Source: Escherichia phage vB_EcoM_JB75. From it: DNA of 64,000 nucleotides. The stretch lies in sequence record MH355584.1, one strand, 5' to 3'. Numbering within the stretch: position 1 is the first letter of the stretch; every line of letters begins with the position of its first letter. This document shows positions 17,842 through 27,457 of the stretch, piece by piece. The notes under the pieces were generated by a model that was not told the DNA's origin, did no database searches, and was given only the letters and a program-made list of their open reading frames with translations. Both the position numbers and the translations under genes were made by a program.

Positions 17842-17871
17842 GTTTACAGAAGGGTAGTAGTGTGATACTAT
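17842..17871 (+). promoter_or_regulatory. T4-type early promoter
   Basis: -35 GTTTAC, 18-bp spacer, -10 TACTAT; inverted repeat AGGGTAGTAGT/ACTATTACCCT spans the -10. Confidence 0.65.
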
Positions 17872-17907
17872 TACCCTATCAAAACAAATGTGAGATTGGA
17901 GAATAAA

Positions 17908-18876
17908 ATGAAAACTGTAACTATCAATAAGGGTATCTACTTCGGTAAAGAAATCTCTGGAACTTTTGAGCTCTTAGGTGAATGGTTCCCAGATAATGCT
18001 CCGGTAGATGCACAAGGAGATGGTAAAGTTTTTGTTGAAATTGACGGTAAGCGTCGCGGTGTTTGGGTTTACAAATCAGACATTTCATATGATGGTGTAA
18101 AAGTTGAAGAAGTTAAAGAATCATATGAAGATATGAAAACCCGCATTAATAAAAGATTTAATGTTATGGGAATGATGACGAATGGTATTATTAACGGAAA
18201 CATTCGTTCATTAATTATCTCGGGAGCAGCAGGTATTGGTAAAACGTATTCTTTAGATAAAGCTTTAAATAAAGCAAATGATATTGGATACATTGAATAT
18301 AAAAGCATTAACGGTAAAATCTCTGGTATCGGTCTTTATGAACAGCTCTGGAATAATCGTGAAGAGAATTCTGTCCTTTTGATTGATGATGTGGATGTTT
18401 TCTCTGATATGGACATTCTTAATCTTCTGAAAGCTGCTCTGGACACTGGAGAGACCCGTAAAGTCTGCTGGAGCACTGCATCTTCTTACTTAGAAGAAAA
18501 AGGCATTGAGCGTGAGTTTGAATTTAAAGGAACGATTGTTTTTATCACAAACGTTGATATTGACCGCGAATTAGACCGTGGTACTAAACTTGCTCCACAT
18601 TTACAAGCATTAGTGTCCCGCTCAGTTTATTTAGATTTGGGTGTTCACACTAATGAAGAAATTATGGTCAGGGTTGAAGATGTTATTCTTTCAACCGACA
18701 TGATGCAAAAGCGCGGTCTTTCTGATGAAGAAACTTATAAAGCATTATCATGGATGAAAGTTAATGTTAATCGTTTACGCAATGTTTCACTGCGTACTGC
18801 TCTTTATCTTGCTGACTTTATTATGACCGACAAAAACGGTTGGGAAGAAATCGCTGAGGTTACTCTTCTGAAATAA
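17908..18876 (+). CDS. AAA+ family ATPase
   Basis: Walker A GAAGIGKT, Walker B LLIDDVD; 322 aa. Confidence 0.7.
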   Translation: MKTVTINKGIYFGKEISGTFELLGEWFPDNAPVDAQGDGKVFVEIDGKRRGVWVYKSDISYDGVKVEEVKESYEDMKTRINKRFNVMGMMTNGIINGNIRSLIISGAAGIGKTYSLDKALNKANDIGYIEYKSINGKISGIGLYEQLWNNREENSVLLIDDVDVFSDMDILNLLKAALDTGETRKVCWSTASSYLEEKGIEREFEFKGTIVFITNVDIDRELDRGTKLAPHLQALVSRSVYLDLGVHTNEEIMVRVEDVILSTDMMQKRGLSDEETYKALSWMKVNVNRLRNVSLRTALYLADFIMTDKNGWEEIAEVTLLK

Positions 18877-18975
18877 ATTCATAAGAGGACTTCTATGACA
18901 AAAAGGCAGTTCAGAAATAGATTATATGGACTGCCATTAAAAAGATGACTAGAATTAAACTGGTGAATGGAGGTA

Positions 18976-19281
18976 ATGATGTTATACTCAAAGGCTCGTG
19001 AAATTTACGAAACTAAAATTAAAGAAGCAGTATTTAAGTTCGCAACGACAATGCGATGGACAAATGACTGGGAGTATTCAAAAAATCATAAGAAGCCCAT
19101 GGTGACAAGAAAGGCTCATATGTTAGTGTTAATAGACCGTGAGCAGATTAAAGCCCGAGAAGCCCTCCAGAATCATAAAAAGGCTGCCTTTGAATGGTTT
19201 ATGGATAACACTGCTCCTGAGACTAAGAAAGCGGTAAGCGCATGGTTCAGTGGAAAAAATTGTGAAAGAAGTTTCTTTTAG
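18976..19281 (+). CDS. Hypothetical protein (~101 aa)
   Basis: RBS GGAGG; start ambiguous among ATGs at 18967, 18976, 18979. Confidence 0.45.
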   Translation: MMLYSKAREIYETKIKEAVFKFATTMRWTNDWEYSKNHKKPMVTRKAHMLVLIDREQIKAREALQNHKKAAFEWFMDNTAPETKKAVSAWFSGKNCERSFF

Positions 19282-19283
19282 TG

Positions 19284-19313
19284 GTTTACAAGACTGTTCC
19301 TCTGTGGTACTAT
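19284..19313 (+). promoter_or_regulatory. T4-type early promoter
   Basis: -35 GTTTAC, 18-bp spacer, -10 TACTAT. Confidence 0.7.
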
Positions 19314-19340
19314 ACAACTATCAACTACGGAGGAACAAAA

Positions 19341-19868
19341 ATGAATGCTAAAGATATTTTCAACTTGGTAAACTACAATGATGGTAAATTTAAATCTGAA
19401 GCTCAAAGCAAGTTCTTTAATGATGTCTCAATCGGTGGTGAAATCACGGTTGATGGAGGACAAATTTACAAATCCCGTTGGAATTGGATCGTTATTATTG
19501 ATGAGATTGGTATTGTAGAAATTTACAAGAATACGAATAAAAATCGTACATTACACTGGTCTCGTGATACTAACGAACAGTACAAAAAGGATAAAGCATC
19601 TAAATTATCTCGTGTAACTCAAGAAGATATTGAGTTCATCAAGAAAGATATTTTGATGTATGATAACTTAATTGCTGAAGAGCAAGCTGTTATTGATAAA
19701 TTTGATGAGATTAAAGCTTCTCGTGAAATTCCTGATTTTATGAAAGAATCAGTAAATGAACGATACACTCTCATTTCAGAGCGTATTGAAACTTACAAAA
19801 AGCAAAGAGCTGAACGCCAGAATACTCTTCGGAAGTTTGAAGAACGGTTAAAGACGGTACTCGCATAA
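19341..19868 (+). CDS. Hypothetical protein (175 aa)
   Basis: ATG after RBS GGAGGAA; helical C-terminus. Confidence 0.55.
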   Translation: MNAKDIFNLVNYNDGKFKSEAQSKFFNDVSIGGEITVDGGQIYKSRWNWIVIIDEIGIVEIYKNTNKNRTLHWSRDTNEQYKKDKASKLSRVTQEDIEFIKKDILMYDNLIAEEQAVIDKFDEIKASREIPDFMKESVNERYTLISERIETYKKQRAERQNTLRKFEERLKTVLA

Positions 19869-19923
19869 CCGCTTTATACCAAGGATGGTATAATGGTTCT
19901 AAGCCCTTTTAATTGAGATTATT

Positions 19924-20328
19924 ATGAAACAGTTGATAATTAAAAGATTGAATTTATTGATATGTTGTTTATGTGTAGTAGTTGCATATGGTTATTATGC
20001 AATTAATGATTATATGCATTATAAAGATTATGATGTTACTGTAGTTAATACCCTTACAGGAACTCAAGGAAAGGGGTCTAGTTTATCGTTTATTGCCGTA
20101 TATGAACTCAAAGACGGTTATAGATTTAGTGAATATATTTCACCAGAGATGTATTCATCAATAGAAAAAGGCGATAATATTACTGTAAGTTTACGTCCTT
20201 TCGACGTAAAACAGACATTGTTTGATAATATTGTTTGGTTCTTTGGAATGGTATTAGTTCAATCTGTATGCGGTGCTTATATAGTCTTTTCCATCATATT
20301 CTGTGTATTTAGTAAAATTGAAAATTGA
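19924..20328 (+). CDS. Membrane protein (134 aa)
   Basis: N- and C-terminal hydrophobic helices. Confidence 0.55.
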   Translation: MKQLIIKRLNLLICCLCVVVAYGYYAINDYMHYKDYDVTVVNTLTGTQGKGSSLSFIAVYELKDGYRFSEYISPEMYSSIEKGDNITVSLRPFDVKQTLFDNIVWFFGMVLVQSVCGAYIVFSIIFCVFSKIEN

Positions 20329-20339
20329 GTGAGGAAAAT

Positions 20340-21230
20340 ATGTCAGTAGTAATTAATAATGTCAATGCAGTAATTAAATCTTTAGTTAATAAAAAAATGA
20401 TGAATGAATGGACTGTACTTCGTCGTGGAGAGCCAGATAAATTTTTTCATAGATTTAACCCAACTTTGGATTTGAATGTTATTGACAGAGATGTTCATGC
20501 CAAAATTTTAGATAAATTTAAAGTTGATATTGGATTTGGATTAGAAAAACATTTACAGCGAACAAACGGGTCTGGAATGAGTTTATCTAATCGCATCATG
20601 AAAGCCCTTAATAAAATTGGAGCGTTGTCTCGTATTAACGCGAGTGAAATCCTTCGCAATTATAATAAAGGATATGACCTTTATGGTCGACTAATGCCGA
20701 AATTATCATTTGACCAAATGATTGCGGATTTGTGGGAAAATCAACGACGATTATTAGCATTAGGCGCTCGATTAGCTAAAGGTCTAGATAAACAAATGAT
20801 TTTTAAGACCAATAATACAGAAGACCTTAAATGCTTTAAATTTAGTACTCGTGGAGATGATTATTACATCAGAGCTCACTCTACAGATTATGTCAATATG
20901 GGGCATCATCTCTGTTTAGCTTTTGAAGTTTTAAAAGAAGCTGGAACATTAGAATATTCATCTGGTGCTAAATGTCCGATTGGTTCAAGTTGTATTTTAA
21001 TTTATCGCCCGGATGAATCCAGTTCATCTAAATTACCTACAAAACCTGTACCAGTTCGCAGTAATGAAAAACATTCTGAACAAATTGCTTATTTTAATAA
21101 GCAGATTGAAGAGCTAAATATTTCTATTCAGCAATATGATGATGAAATTTTCAGACTATCTGGATTGAGTAGTAAAGCTAAATCTGAGCGTGAAAAATTA
21201 ATTAAAATCGTTGATTTACTTAAATCTTAA
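20340..21230 (+). CDS. Coiled-coil-tailed paralog family member 1
   Basis: 296 aa; variable N-domain, K-P-x-P linker, ~45-aa C-terminal amphipathic helix. Confidence 0.6.
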   Translation: MSVVINNVNAVIKSLVNKKMMNEWTVLRRGEPDKFFHRFNPTLDLNVIDRDVHAKILDKFKVDIGFGLEKHLQRTNGSGMSLSNRIMKALNKIGALSRINASEILRNYNKGYDLYGRLMPKLSFDQMIADLWENQRRLLALGARLAKGLDKQMIFKTNNTEDLKCFKFSTRGDDYYIRAHSTDYVNMGHHLCLAFEVLKEAGTLEYSSGAKCPIGSSCILIYRPDESSSSKLPTKPVPVRSNEKHSEQIAYFNKQIEELNISIQQYDDEIFRLSGLSSKAKSEREKLIKIVDLLKS

Positions 21231-21238
21231 GGAACACC

Positions 21239-22267
21239 ATGAAAACTCGTTCTCAAATTGAAGATATGGTTCGTAATGCCAGCTATACTCGTGATGTTAT
21301 GACATTTTTGTGTGAAAATAATTTAGACCCTGATAAAGTTAATCGTGTTATTCATCACTTTAAGTATACGAATAGCAGTGAATGGGTGCGTAATTTTAGT
21401 AAAGCAGGGTATATTACACAAATGACTGCTCGTGAACAGCTCACCGATTTCTGTAAAACTATTGATTATAAAAATCCTTTGATTGTTCAAGGCGTTGGTC
21501 AAAGTAAGGTCGATTTATCATCTGGATTTTTCAATCCAAATCATTATCGAATTGAATGGAGATTTATTGCTCTGTTCCGTAGACAATTAAAGCAAATTTT
21601 GTCGACGGCTAGTCGATTAAAAGGTTCTGACATTAACTTAAAGAACCTGAAATTTGATGGTTATACTCTTCAGATGGAAGTAAGACCGTTAAAAGAAAAT
21701 AATAGAACTGCACGAATTAGCTTTAAGCCTAATACTAAAAATTCTCTTTCAATTTGTGAATGTCTTAAATCACAGCTGACAGAAGCATTTAAGTATATGG
21801 ATGTTGTTGCTGCTGTTCAATCTAAGATTTTACCTCGTTTTGAGCGAAATTGGGAACATACAACAACATATGAACTTGATATGATCGTTTCATTTAAATA
21901 TGAATTTTTGAGAAAGGATGAAATTGTTCAAGAGAAAAAGCAGGAAGTGCAAGATACCTTAAATTTAAATTTATCCAATTACTTATCAAACGATCCTAAA
22001 TGTTGGATGTACAGTTCAAGTAACATAGATGCATGTAAACTTAATAAAGTGAGTTTTCTTCCTACTGAAAATTCAAATTTTAAACCTGTAGAAAAATGGC
22101 ACGCTGATGCGATTGAAAAGTCTCTTAAGGCAGTAGATGATGAACTCGTTAAAGCGACCAATGAAATGCTAGAAGCTGAAAAGGCGTTAGAACAAGCTCA
22201 GTCAAGGGTTCAAAATCTGGCAAAGCAACGTTCTAAACTGAACAATGCACTAAATGCACTGAACTAG
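21239..22267 (+). CDS. Coiled-coil-tailed paralog family member 2
   Basis: 342 aa; same architecture, C-terminal helix ...LEAEKALEQAQSRVQNLAKQRSKLNNALNALN. Confidence 0.6.
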   Translation: MKTRSQIEDMVRNASYTRDVMTFLCENNLDPDKVNRVIHHFKYTNSSEWVRNFSKAGYITQMTAREQLTDFCKTIDYKNPLIVQGVGQSKVDLSSGFFNPNHYRIEWRFIALFRRQLKQILSTASRLKGSDINLKNLKFDGYTLQMEVRPLKENNRTARISFKPNTKNSLSICECLKSQLTEAFKYMDVVAAVQSKILPRFERNWEHTTTYELDMIVSFKYEFLRKDEIVQEKKQEVQDTLNLNLSNYLSNDPKCWMYSSSNIDACKLNKVSFLPTENSNFKPVEKWHADAIEKSLKAVDDELVKATNEMLEAEKALEQAQSRVQNLAKQRSKLNNALNALN

Positions 22268-22296
22268 TTTACTTTGCCACAAGGATGTGGTATAAT
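22267..22296 (+). promoter_or_regulatory. T4-type early promoter
   Basis: -35 GTTTAC, 18-bp spacer ending TGTGG, -10 TATAAT. Confidence 0.7.
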
Positions 22297-22324
22297 GTTT
22301 TTACTTTCTACTGAGGAGATTATT

Positions 22325-23326
22325 ATGACTCGTAACGAATATATCAAATCATTCAATAGCGTTATTGATGATAAAGCTATACCGATGTTTGGCCAAAATA
22401 GCGTTCTTTCTATTATCAATCAATGGCTCAATAGTGTTGATGCAAGTATTGTTTCTTCTACTAAATTTATTCATGAAATTCGTAAAATTTCTAGCCGTGT
22501 AGATAAAGATGTTATCAAGAAAACCTTTAAAGAGTCTCGTCTTCTTTCATATTTGGTTAATCGGGATATTCTTGGTAATTTTGGGAAAGAAATTAAACGA
22601 ACTAAAGATGTAGTAGGATACAATTGGTTCGGTGATGTTAATTCTTATCATCTTAATATTAAAGAAGACCCTGAGAATATTTTTACTCGTCGTTGGATCA
22701 GTAATTTCAGACTTTTTAAGAAACAAATTCTAAAATCAGCTTCTAAATTATGTTATGGCGATTATCGTCAAATTCATCCTTTGGCTTCTGATATGATTAT
22801 CATAAAAGAATATGAACTTGATAAAAATAAAGTATCTATTTTTGTGAATTATGGATTTTTTACACCAGAAACTAACCAAAAGAATATTAATAAATTTTTC
22901 TCAATTGCTAGCACTATAACTCGTCAATTAGAGACCGCATTACTTTGTATGGAAACAGTAGAAAATATTCATACATATCCTTTTAAGAATATATGCGGTT
23001 GGGAAGGATATAAACTCGTAATTAGCCTTCGTGAAGTGAAATGTGCTTATTCACCTACTGATAAAGAAATTTACCAACAAAAATGTGATGAAATTGTGAA
23101 TACTCCTAAAGAAGAAACTACCCTTGAGGAACTAATGGAATGTCTTGATGATTCACCTGAACCGATAGAAATTCGTCCAGAAGTTATTGCACTAGAAAAA
23201 GCTTATAAAGAAGTTCTAGAAATTTCTAATAAAGCGCAGAAAGAATATGAGCAGGCTAAAAGGATTTGGGAAGAATCTGTTAATCGTCTTGATCGTCTGG
23301 AACAAGCTTTACAGTTAATTAAGTAA
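22325..23326 (+). CDS. Coiled-coil-tailed paralog family member 3
   Basis: 333 aa; start at ATG after RBS GAGGAG downstream of promoter. Confidence 0.6.
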   Translation: MTRNEYIKSFNSVIDDKAIPMFGQNSVLSIINQWLNSVDASIVSSTKFIHEIRKISSRVDKDVIKKTFKESRLLSYLVNRDILGNFGKEIKRTKDVVGYNWFGDVNSYHLNIKEDPENIFTRRWISNFRLFKKQILKSASKLCYGDYRQIHPLASDMIIIKEYELDKNKVSIFVNYGFFTPETNQKNINKFFSIASTITRQLETALLCMETVENIHTYPFKNICGWEGYKLVISLREVKCAYSPTDKEIYQQKCDEIVNTPKEETTLEELMECLDDSPEPIEIRPEVIALEKAYKEVLEISNKAQKEYEQAKRIWEESVNRLDRLEQALQLIK

Positions 23327-23378
23327 TTTAAAGCCAAGGATGGCTCGGAGTATAAATCATTAACCAAGTGAGAAGAAC

Positions 23379-24305
23379 ATGAAAACTCGTAAACATTATA
23401 TTGATTATTTTGACAGTCTTATTACTAAACATCGTAATTATCAGATAGGACACAGAGCAGTAATCAATAATATTCTTCGTGATTTTTTAGACTATATTGG
23501 ATGGGAAAACCATATTTGTAAAGATACACAAAATGCGTATTCACATTCTCTTGGTTCTTTGCTCGAGTGGTTCAAACGTTCCCGATTACTATCTTCTGTG
23601 ATAGCTGTTAATAATGTTAAAAAATTTATGTATCCAAGCTACATTGAGACTAATGTATCAAATGCTAGTGTTGTTACATTTAATATTATTAACGACGTGA
23701 AAAGAACTTATTTAGAAGAATGGTTTTCTAAAGATAGTAAAGAAAAATTTGCTAGTGAATTTTCACACGAATTCAATAATAACGTGAATATGCTTTTTAA
23801 GCATTCTCGTAGACTGTTTTGTCATGGTGATAACCGTACTATTAATGTGAATGTAAAAGACTGGGTTACGGCTAAATTCACTCCATCGTCCCAGAATGGG
23901 CAATTTGAATTGTCAATTATCATTTGTGCTCCGCACGAGATATATAAAAATCTTCCGTATATGAAACCACGCGAAGCTAATAAACACAATGAAACTATTA
24001 GTTCTTTGGCTTATAATTTACGCGTGTTATTATCTGATATGGATGTAGTCAAATCCTTTGATGATAATACGAATTATGGTCTTTCGCTGTTTGAAACTAA
24101 ATTTGTTATTAAATTAAAGGACCCTAGTGAATTTAAACCTACCCCAAAATCCAATCATGGAAATGATACTATGAAAGAAGAACGCGAATATCTCAGTGCC
24201 CGTTTGATTGAAGTTGAAAAACAGATTGAAGAGCATACTAAAGTTCTTAAGGCTTTAACCGCCAAAGCAAATGGTTTACGTAATGCTATTGAGGTATTGA
24301 AATGA
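23379..24305 (+). CDS. Coiled-coil-tailed paralog family member 4
   Basis: 308 aa; begins MKTR like member 2; C-terminal helix. Confidence 0.6.
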   Translation: MKTRKHYIDYFDSLITKHRNYQIGHRAVINNILRDFLDYIGWENHICKDTQNAYSHSLGSLLEWFKRSRLLSSVIAVNNVKKFMYPSYIETNVSNASVVTFNIINDVKRTYLEEWFSKDSKEKFASEFSHEFNNNVNMLFKHSRRLFCHGDNRTINVNVKDWVTAKFTPSSQNGQFELSIIICAPHEIYKNLPYMKPREANKHNETISSLAYNLRVLLSDMDVVKSFDDNTNYGLSLFETKFVIKLKDPSEFKPTPKSNHGNDTMKEEREYLSARLIEVEKQIEEHTKVLKALTAKANGLRNAIEVLK

Positions 24306-24691
24306 AAAAGCGTTTATTAGAAGACATTGCAGCTTCAAGTAATTCCAGTTTAATTAAAATTATTATGGCTGGTGAGGAAGATGATATGGAAATGCGTGGA
24401 AAGATTCACGGCTGCGACGATTTAGATTTTAAACCTCCAGCATGGGATGCTATTATGGCTATGGTTGAACGACGTGAAAGAGCTTCTAAAAACGTTCCTA
24501 ATTGCCCTGAATGCGGTACTGAACAAGTTCAATTGATTAACTGGCGTAAACCAGAGCTTGAATATAAATGCCGTCAATGTAAACATAAATTCAGTAAGCA
24601 TGCTCCGGAAATGGTTAAATTGCCTGACTCTACTGAGTTCTTTAAAGAACTTGTGAGTGTTCAACCAATGCCTAATAATATTTTGGATTAA
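24302..24691 (+). CDS. Hypothetical zinc-ribbon protein
   Basis: CPECG...CRQC four-Cys motif. Confidence 0.55.
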   Translation: MKKRLLEDIAASSNSSLIKIIMAGEEDDMEMRGKIHGCDDLDFKPPAWDAIMAMVERRERASKNVPNCPECGTEQVQLINWRKPELEYKCRQCKHKFSKHAPEMVKLPDSTEFFKELVSVQPMPNNILD

Positions 24692-24693
24692 AA

Positions 24694-24936
24694 ATGACCA
24701 AGCGTAAAGAATATATGGAGGCTGCTGAAAAGGCAGTCCGTGAATTAGCAATAGCTTATTATAATGAACATGGTAAATTTCCTGATAGATACAGCGTGCT
24801 TAAATCTGCTTTAACTCGTTCATATAAAAATATGCTATCAGAAGTAAGTGATATTATATACAAACATAAAGAACAAACGGGCCAAAGTCTTGATTACGAC
24901 GAGACTTTTAAACAAGTACTAGGAATTAAGGAATAA
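24694..24936 (+). CDS. Hypothetical protein (80 aa)
   Basis: ORF immediately upstream of nrdC. Confidence 0.5.
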   Translation: MTKRKEYMEAAEKAVRELAIAYYNEHGKFPDRYSVLKSALTRSYKNMLSEVSDIIYKHKEQTGQSLDYDETFKQVLGIKE

Positions 24937-24937
24937 T

Positions 24938-25201
24938 ATGTTTAAAGTATATGGTTATGATAGCAACATTCATAAATGTGTGTATTGCGATAATGCAAAA
25001 CGTCTTTTGACCGTGAAGAAACAGCCGTTTGAATTTATCAACATTATGCCGGAAAAAGGTGTTTTTGATGATGAGAAAATTGCTGAGCTTCTGACTAAAC
25101 TAGGTCGTGATACTCAAATCGGCTTGACAATGCCCCAGGTATTTGCTCCTGATGGAAGTCATATTGGTGGATTTGACCAACTGCGAGAATATTTTAAATG
25201 A
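24938..25201 (+). CDS. nrdC: Glutaredoxin/thioredoxin NrdC
   Basis: 87 aa; CVYC active site; matches recalled T4 NrdC. Confidence 0.9.
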   Translation: MFKVYGYDSNIHKCVYCDNAKRLLTVKKQPFEFINIMPEKGVFDDEKIAELLTKLGRDTQIGLTMPQVFAPDGSHIGGFDQLREYFK

Positions 25202-25413
25202 TGCTCGAAGGAACTGACTATATTCATGATTACCGCGGAAGCGCGGTATATGTAGGTGATGAAGTTGCAGTTTATTATGGGTATGGAACTTTGATGACAG
25301 CCAAGGTTATTCAAATTAAAAATAATCGTGCTAAACTCGAAGTTTATTATTCTAATGGTGAAAAGTCTATTTCTAAGTGGAAATACGGCGATTGTATGGT
25401 TAAATTGGGGTAA
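25198..25413 (+). CDS. Hypothetical protein (71 aa)
   Basis: ATG overlaps nrdC stop. Confidence 0.5.
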   Translation: MMLEGTDYIHDYRGSAVYVGDEVAVYYGYGTLMTAKVIQIKNNRAKLEVYYSNGEKSISKWKYGDCMVKLG

Positions 25414-25415
25414 AT

Positions 25416-25586
25416 ATGATTTACGATATTAATGTATCAAGAACTCCGTCAATGGTTACTATTCCAGCCGAAGAACTAGATCGTCTTCAGAAAATTGAAG
25501 AGCTTCTTTGGGAAATTGAATCTGATTTGCCATCAGGATTAGAATCCTGGATTGATTATGAAGAACTTAATAAGCTTCGGGGTTAA
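25416..25586 (+). CDS. Hypothetical small protein (56 aa)
   Basis: ATG 2 nt after upstream stop; not in ORF track (<60 aa). Confidence 0.35.
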   Translation: MIYDINVSRTPSMVTIPAEELDRLQKIEELLWEIESDLPSGLESWIDYEELNKLRG

Positions 25587-25708
25587 ACCTTGGTGGGCGG
25601 CTAGATGGGAAACTGTAGAGCCAGAGCCGGAAGAACCGGTTTACACTGATGAAGAAACAGTATATAATGAACCAACGATAAATGACTTAATTGATATGGA
25701 GATGGGAC

Positions 25709-26194
25709 ATGATTACAGTAGATAAGTGGTTTAGAATTAATCGTGTTGATACAGGGCTATGTAATTACTGGCCGGAACTTAGTGCAGGTACTGTCTTTAA
25801 AGTTCGTGAACTTGCAAAAGAATGTGAAGATGATATAGAACCTGATACTGGAATTATTGAAATTGAACTTTCCGACGGAAAGATTATTAACATCTATGAT
25901 AAGCCAATTACATACTGGTGTTTGTGGAATACTGAATCCGTTGAAAATGGCGAAATTGAAGAAGTTGTAGAGAGAACTAGCCAAGATGTTCAGAAGCCTA
26001 AAGCCGCTTTTCAAGGTGAACGTATTTCATACGCATTAGCTAAATTAGCTGCGCAAGAAAATAATGATGGCTATGAAGGTAACCTGATGCAAGCTGCCGC
26101 AGAGTACATTGAATGGCTTGAAACTCAAATTTCTTTTTCTGACCAAAAGATTCGGCAATATAAGCGATTGCATCAAATGTTTTACAATACTTGA
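25709..26194 (+). CDS. pin: Protease inhibitor Pin-like protein
   Basis: 161 aa; position between nrdC and gene 49 and size match T4 pin; sequence not verified. Confidence 0.6.
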   Translation: MITVDKWFRINRVDTGLCNYWPELSAGTVFKVRELAKECEDDIEPDTGIIEIELSDGKIINIYDKPITYWCLWNTESVENGEIEEVVERTSQDVQKPKAAFQGERISYALAKLAAQENNDGYEGNLMQAAAEYIEWLETQISFSDQKIRQYKRLHQMFYNT

Positions 26195-26195
26195 A
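26149..26195 (+). repeat. Direct repeat copy a (3' end of pin)
   Basis: About 46 nt, ~90% identical to 26362-26408. Confidence 0.7.
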
Positions 26196-26230
26196 AAAAC
26201 TCAAAATTCTTTTTCTGACAGGACATTTTA

Positions 26231-26407
26231 ATGAAAACCGAATTGGTTTATACTGAAAAGTTAAATGGCGGTAAGGTTTGGAAACTTTTTATTAAAGGAC
26301 ATTCTACGGACCCTCATATGACCACTTGCGTAGGAACCTATTCTCGTCCTACTAAAAAGATGATTCGACAGTATAAACGATTGCATCGAATGTTTTACAA
26401 TACTTAA
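26231..26407 (+). CDS. Hypothetical small protein whose C-terminus duplicates the Pin C-terminus
   Basis: 58 aa; last 16 aa KKMIRQYKRLHRMFYNT versus Pin QKIRQYKRLHQMFYNT; followed by terminator-like hairpin. Confidence 0.4.
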   Translation: MKTELVYTEKLNGGKVWKLFIKGHSTDPHMTTCVGTYSRPTKKMIRQYKRLHRMFYNT

Positions 26408-26408
26408 A
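26362..26408 (+). repeat. Direct repeat copy b
   Basis: Imperfect copy of 26149-26195. Confidence 0.7.
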
Positions 26409-26449
26409 AATAATAAATACCCTTATCTATTTAAGGTAAGGGTTTTATT

Positions 26450-26923
26450 ATGTTATTGACTGGCAAATTATACAAAGAAGAAAAACAGAAATTTTATAAT
26501 GCACAAAACGGTAAATGCTTAATTTGCCAACGAGAACTAAATCCTGATGTTCAAGCTAATCACCTCGACCATGACCATGAATTAAATGGACCAAAAGCAG
26601 GAAAGATACGTGGATTGCTTTGTAATCTCTGCAATGCCGCAGAAGGTCAAATGAAGCATAAATTTAATCGTTCTGGCTTAAAGGGACAAGGTGTTGATTA
26701 TCTTGAATGGTTAGAAAATTTACTTACTTATTTAAAATCCGATTACACCCAAAATAATATTCACCCTAACTTTGTTGGAGATAAATCAAAGGAATTTTCT
26801 CGTTTAGGAAAAGAGGAAATGATGGCCGAGATGCTTCAAAGAGGATTTGAATATAATGAATCTGACACCAAAACACAGTTAATAGCTTCATTTAAGAAGC
26901 AGCTTAGAAAGAGTTTAAAATGA
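26450..26923 (+). CDS. 49: Endonuclease VII (Holliday junction resolvase)
   Basis: 157 aa; near-identical to recalled T4 gp49 (MLLTGKLYKEEKQKFY...). Confidence 0.95.
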   Translation: MLLTGKLYKEEKQKFYNAQNGKCLICQRELNPDVQANHLDHDHELNGPKAGKIRGLLCNLCNAAEGQMKHKFNRSGLKGQGVDYLEWLENLLTYLKSDYTQNNIHPNFVGDKSKEFSRLGKEEMMAEMLQRGFEYNESDTKTQLIASFKKQLRKSLK

Positions 26924-27457
26924 CAATTGAAAAAGAAATTGAAGGATTGATTCATAAAACTAATAAAGACCTTTTAAACGAGAATGCTAATAAAGATTCT
27001 CGTGTTTTTCCAACTCAACGGGACCTTATGGCTGGTATTGTGTCTAAACACATTGCCAAAAATATGGTCCCGTCTTTTATTATGAAAGCGCATGAAAGCG
27101 GAATTATTCATTTCCATGATATTGATTATTCCCCTGCTCTTCCATTTACTAATTGCTGTTTAGTAGATTTAAAAGGAATGCTTGAGAACGGATTTAAGCT
27201 TGGTAATGCACAGATTGAAACTCCTAAATCAATTGGCGTTGCTACTGCAATTATGGCACAAATTACTGCACAGGTTGCTTCTCACCAATACGGCGGAACT
27301 ACATTTGCTAATGTCGATAAAGTACTTTCTCCTTATGTTAAACGCACCTACGCAAAACATATTGAGGATGCAGAAAAATGGCAAATCGCTGATGCGTTGA
27401 ATTATGCTCAATCTAAAACAGAAAAAGACGTATACGATGCATTCCAAGCTTATGAGT
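26920..27457 (+). CDS. nrdD: Anaerobic ribonucleotide reductase NrdD, exon 1
   Basis: N-terminal NrdD sequence; frame interrupted by group I intron; 3' boundary inferred. Confidence 0.8.

Noticed and set aside
25558-25725. Alternative-frame small ORF (about 55 aa) from ATG 25558 overlapping the pin start
   Set aside because: No RBS and heavy overlap with two better-supported ORFs; probably non-coding.
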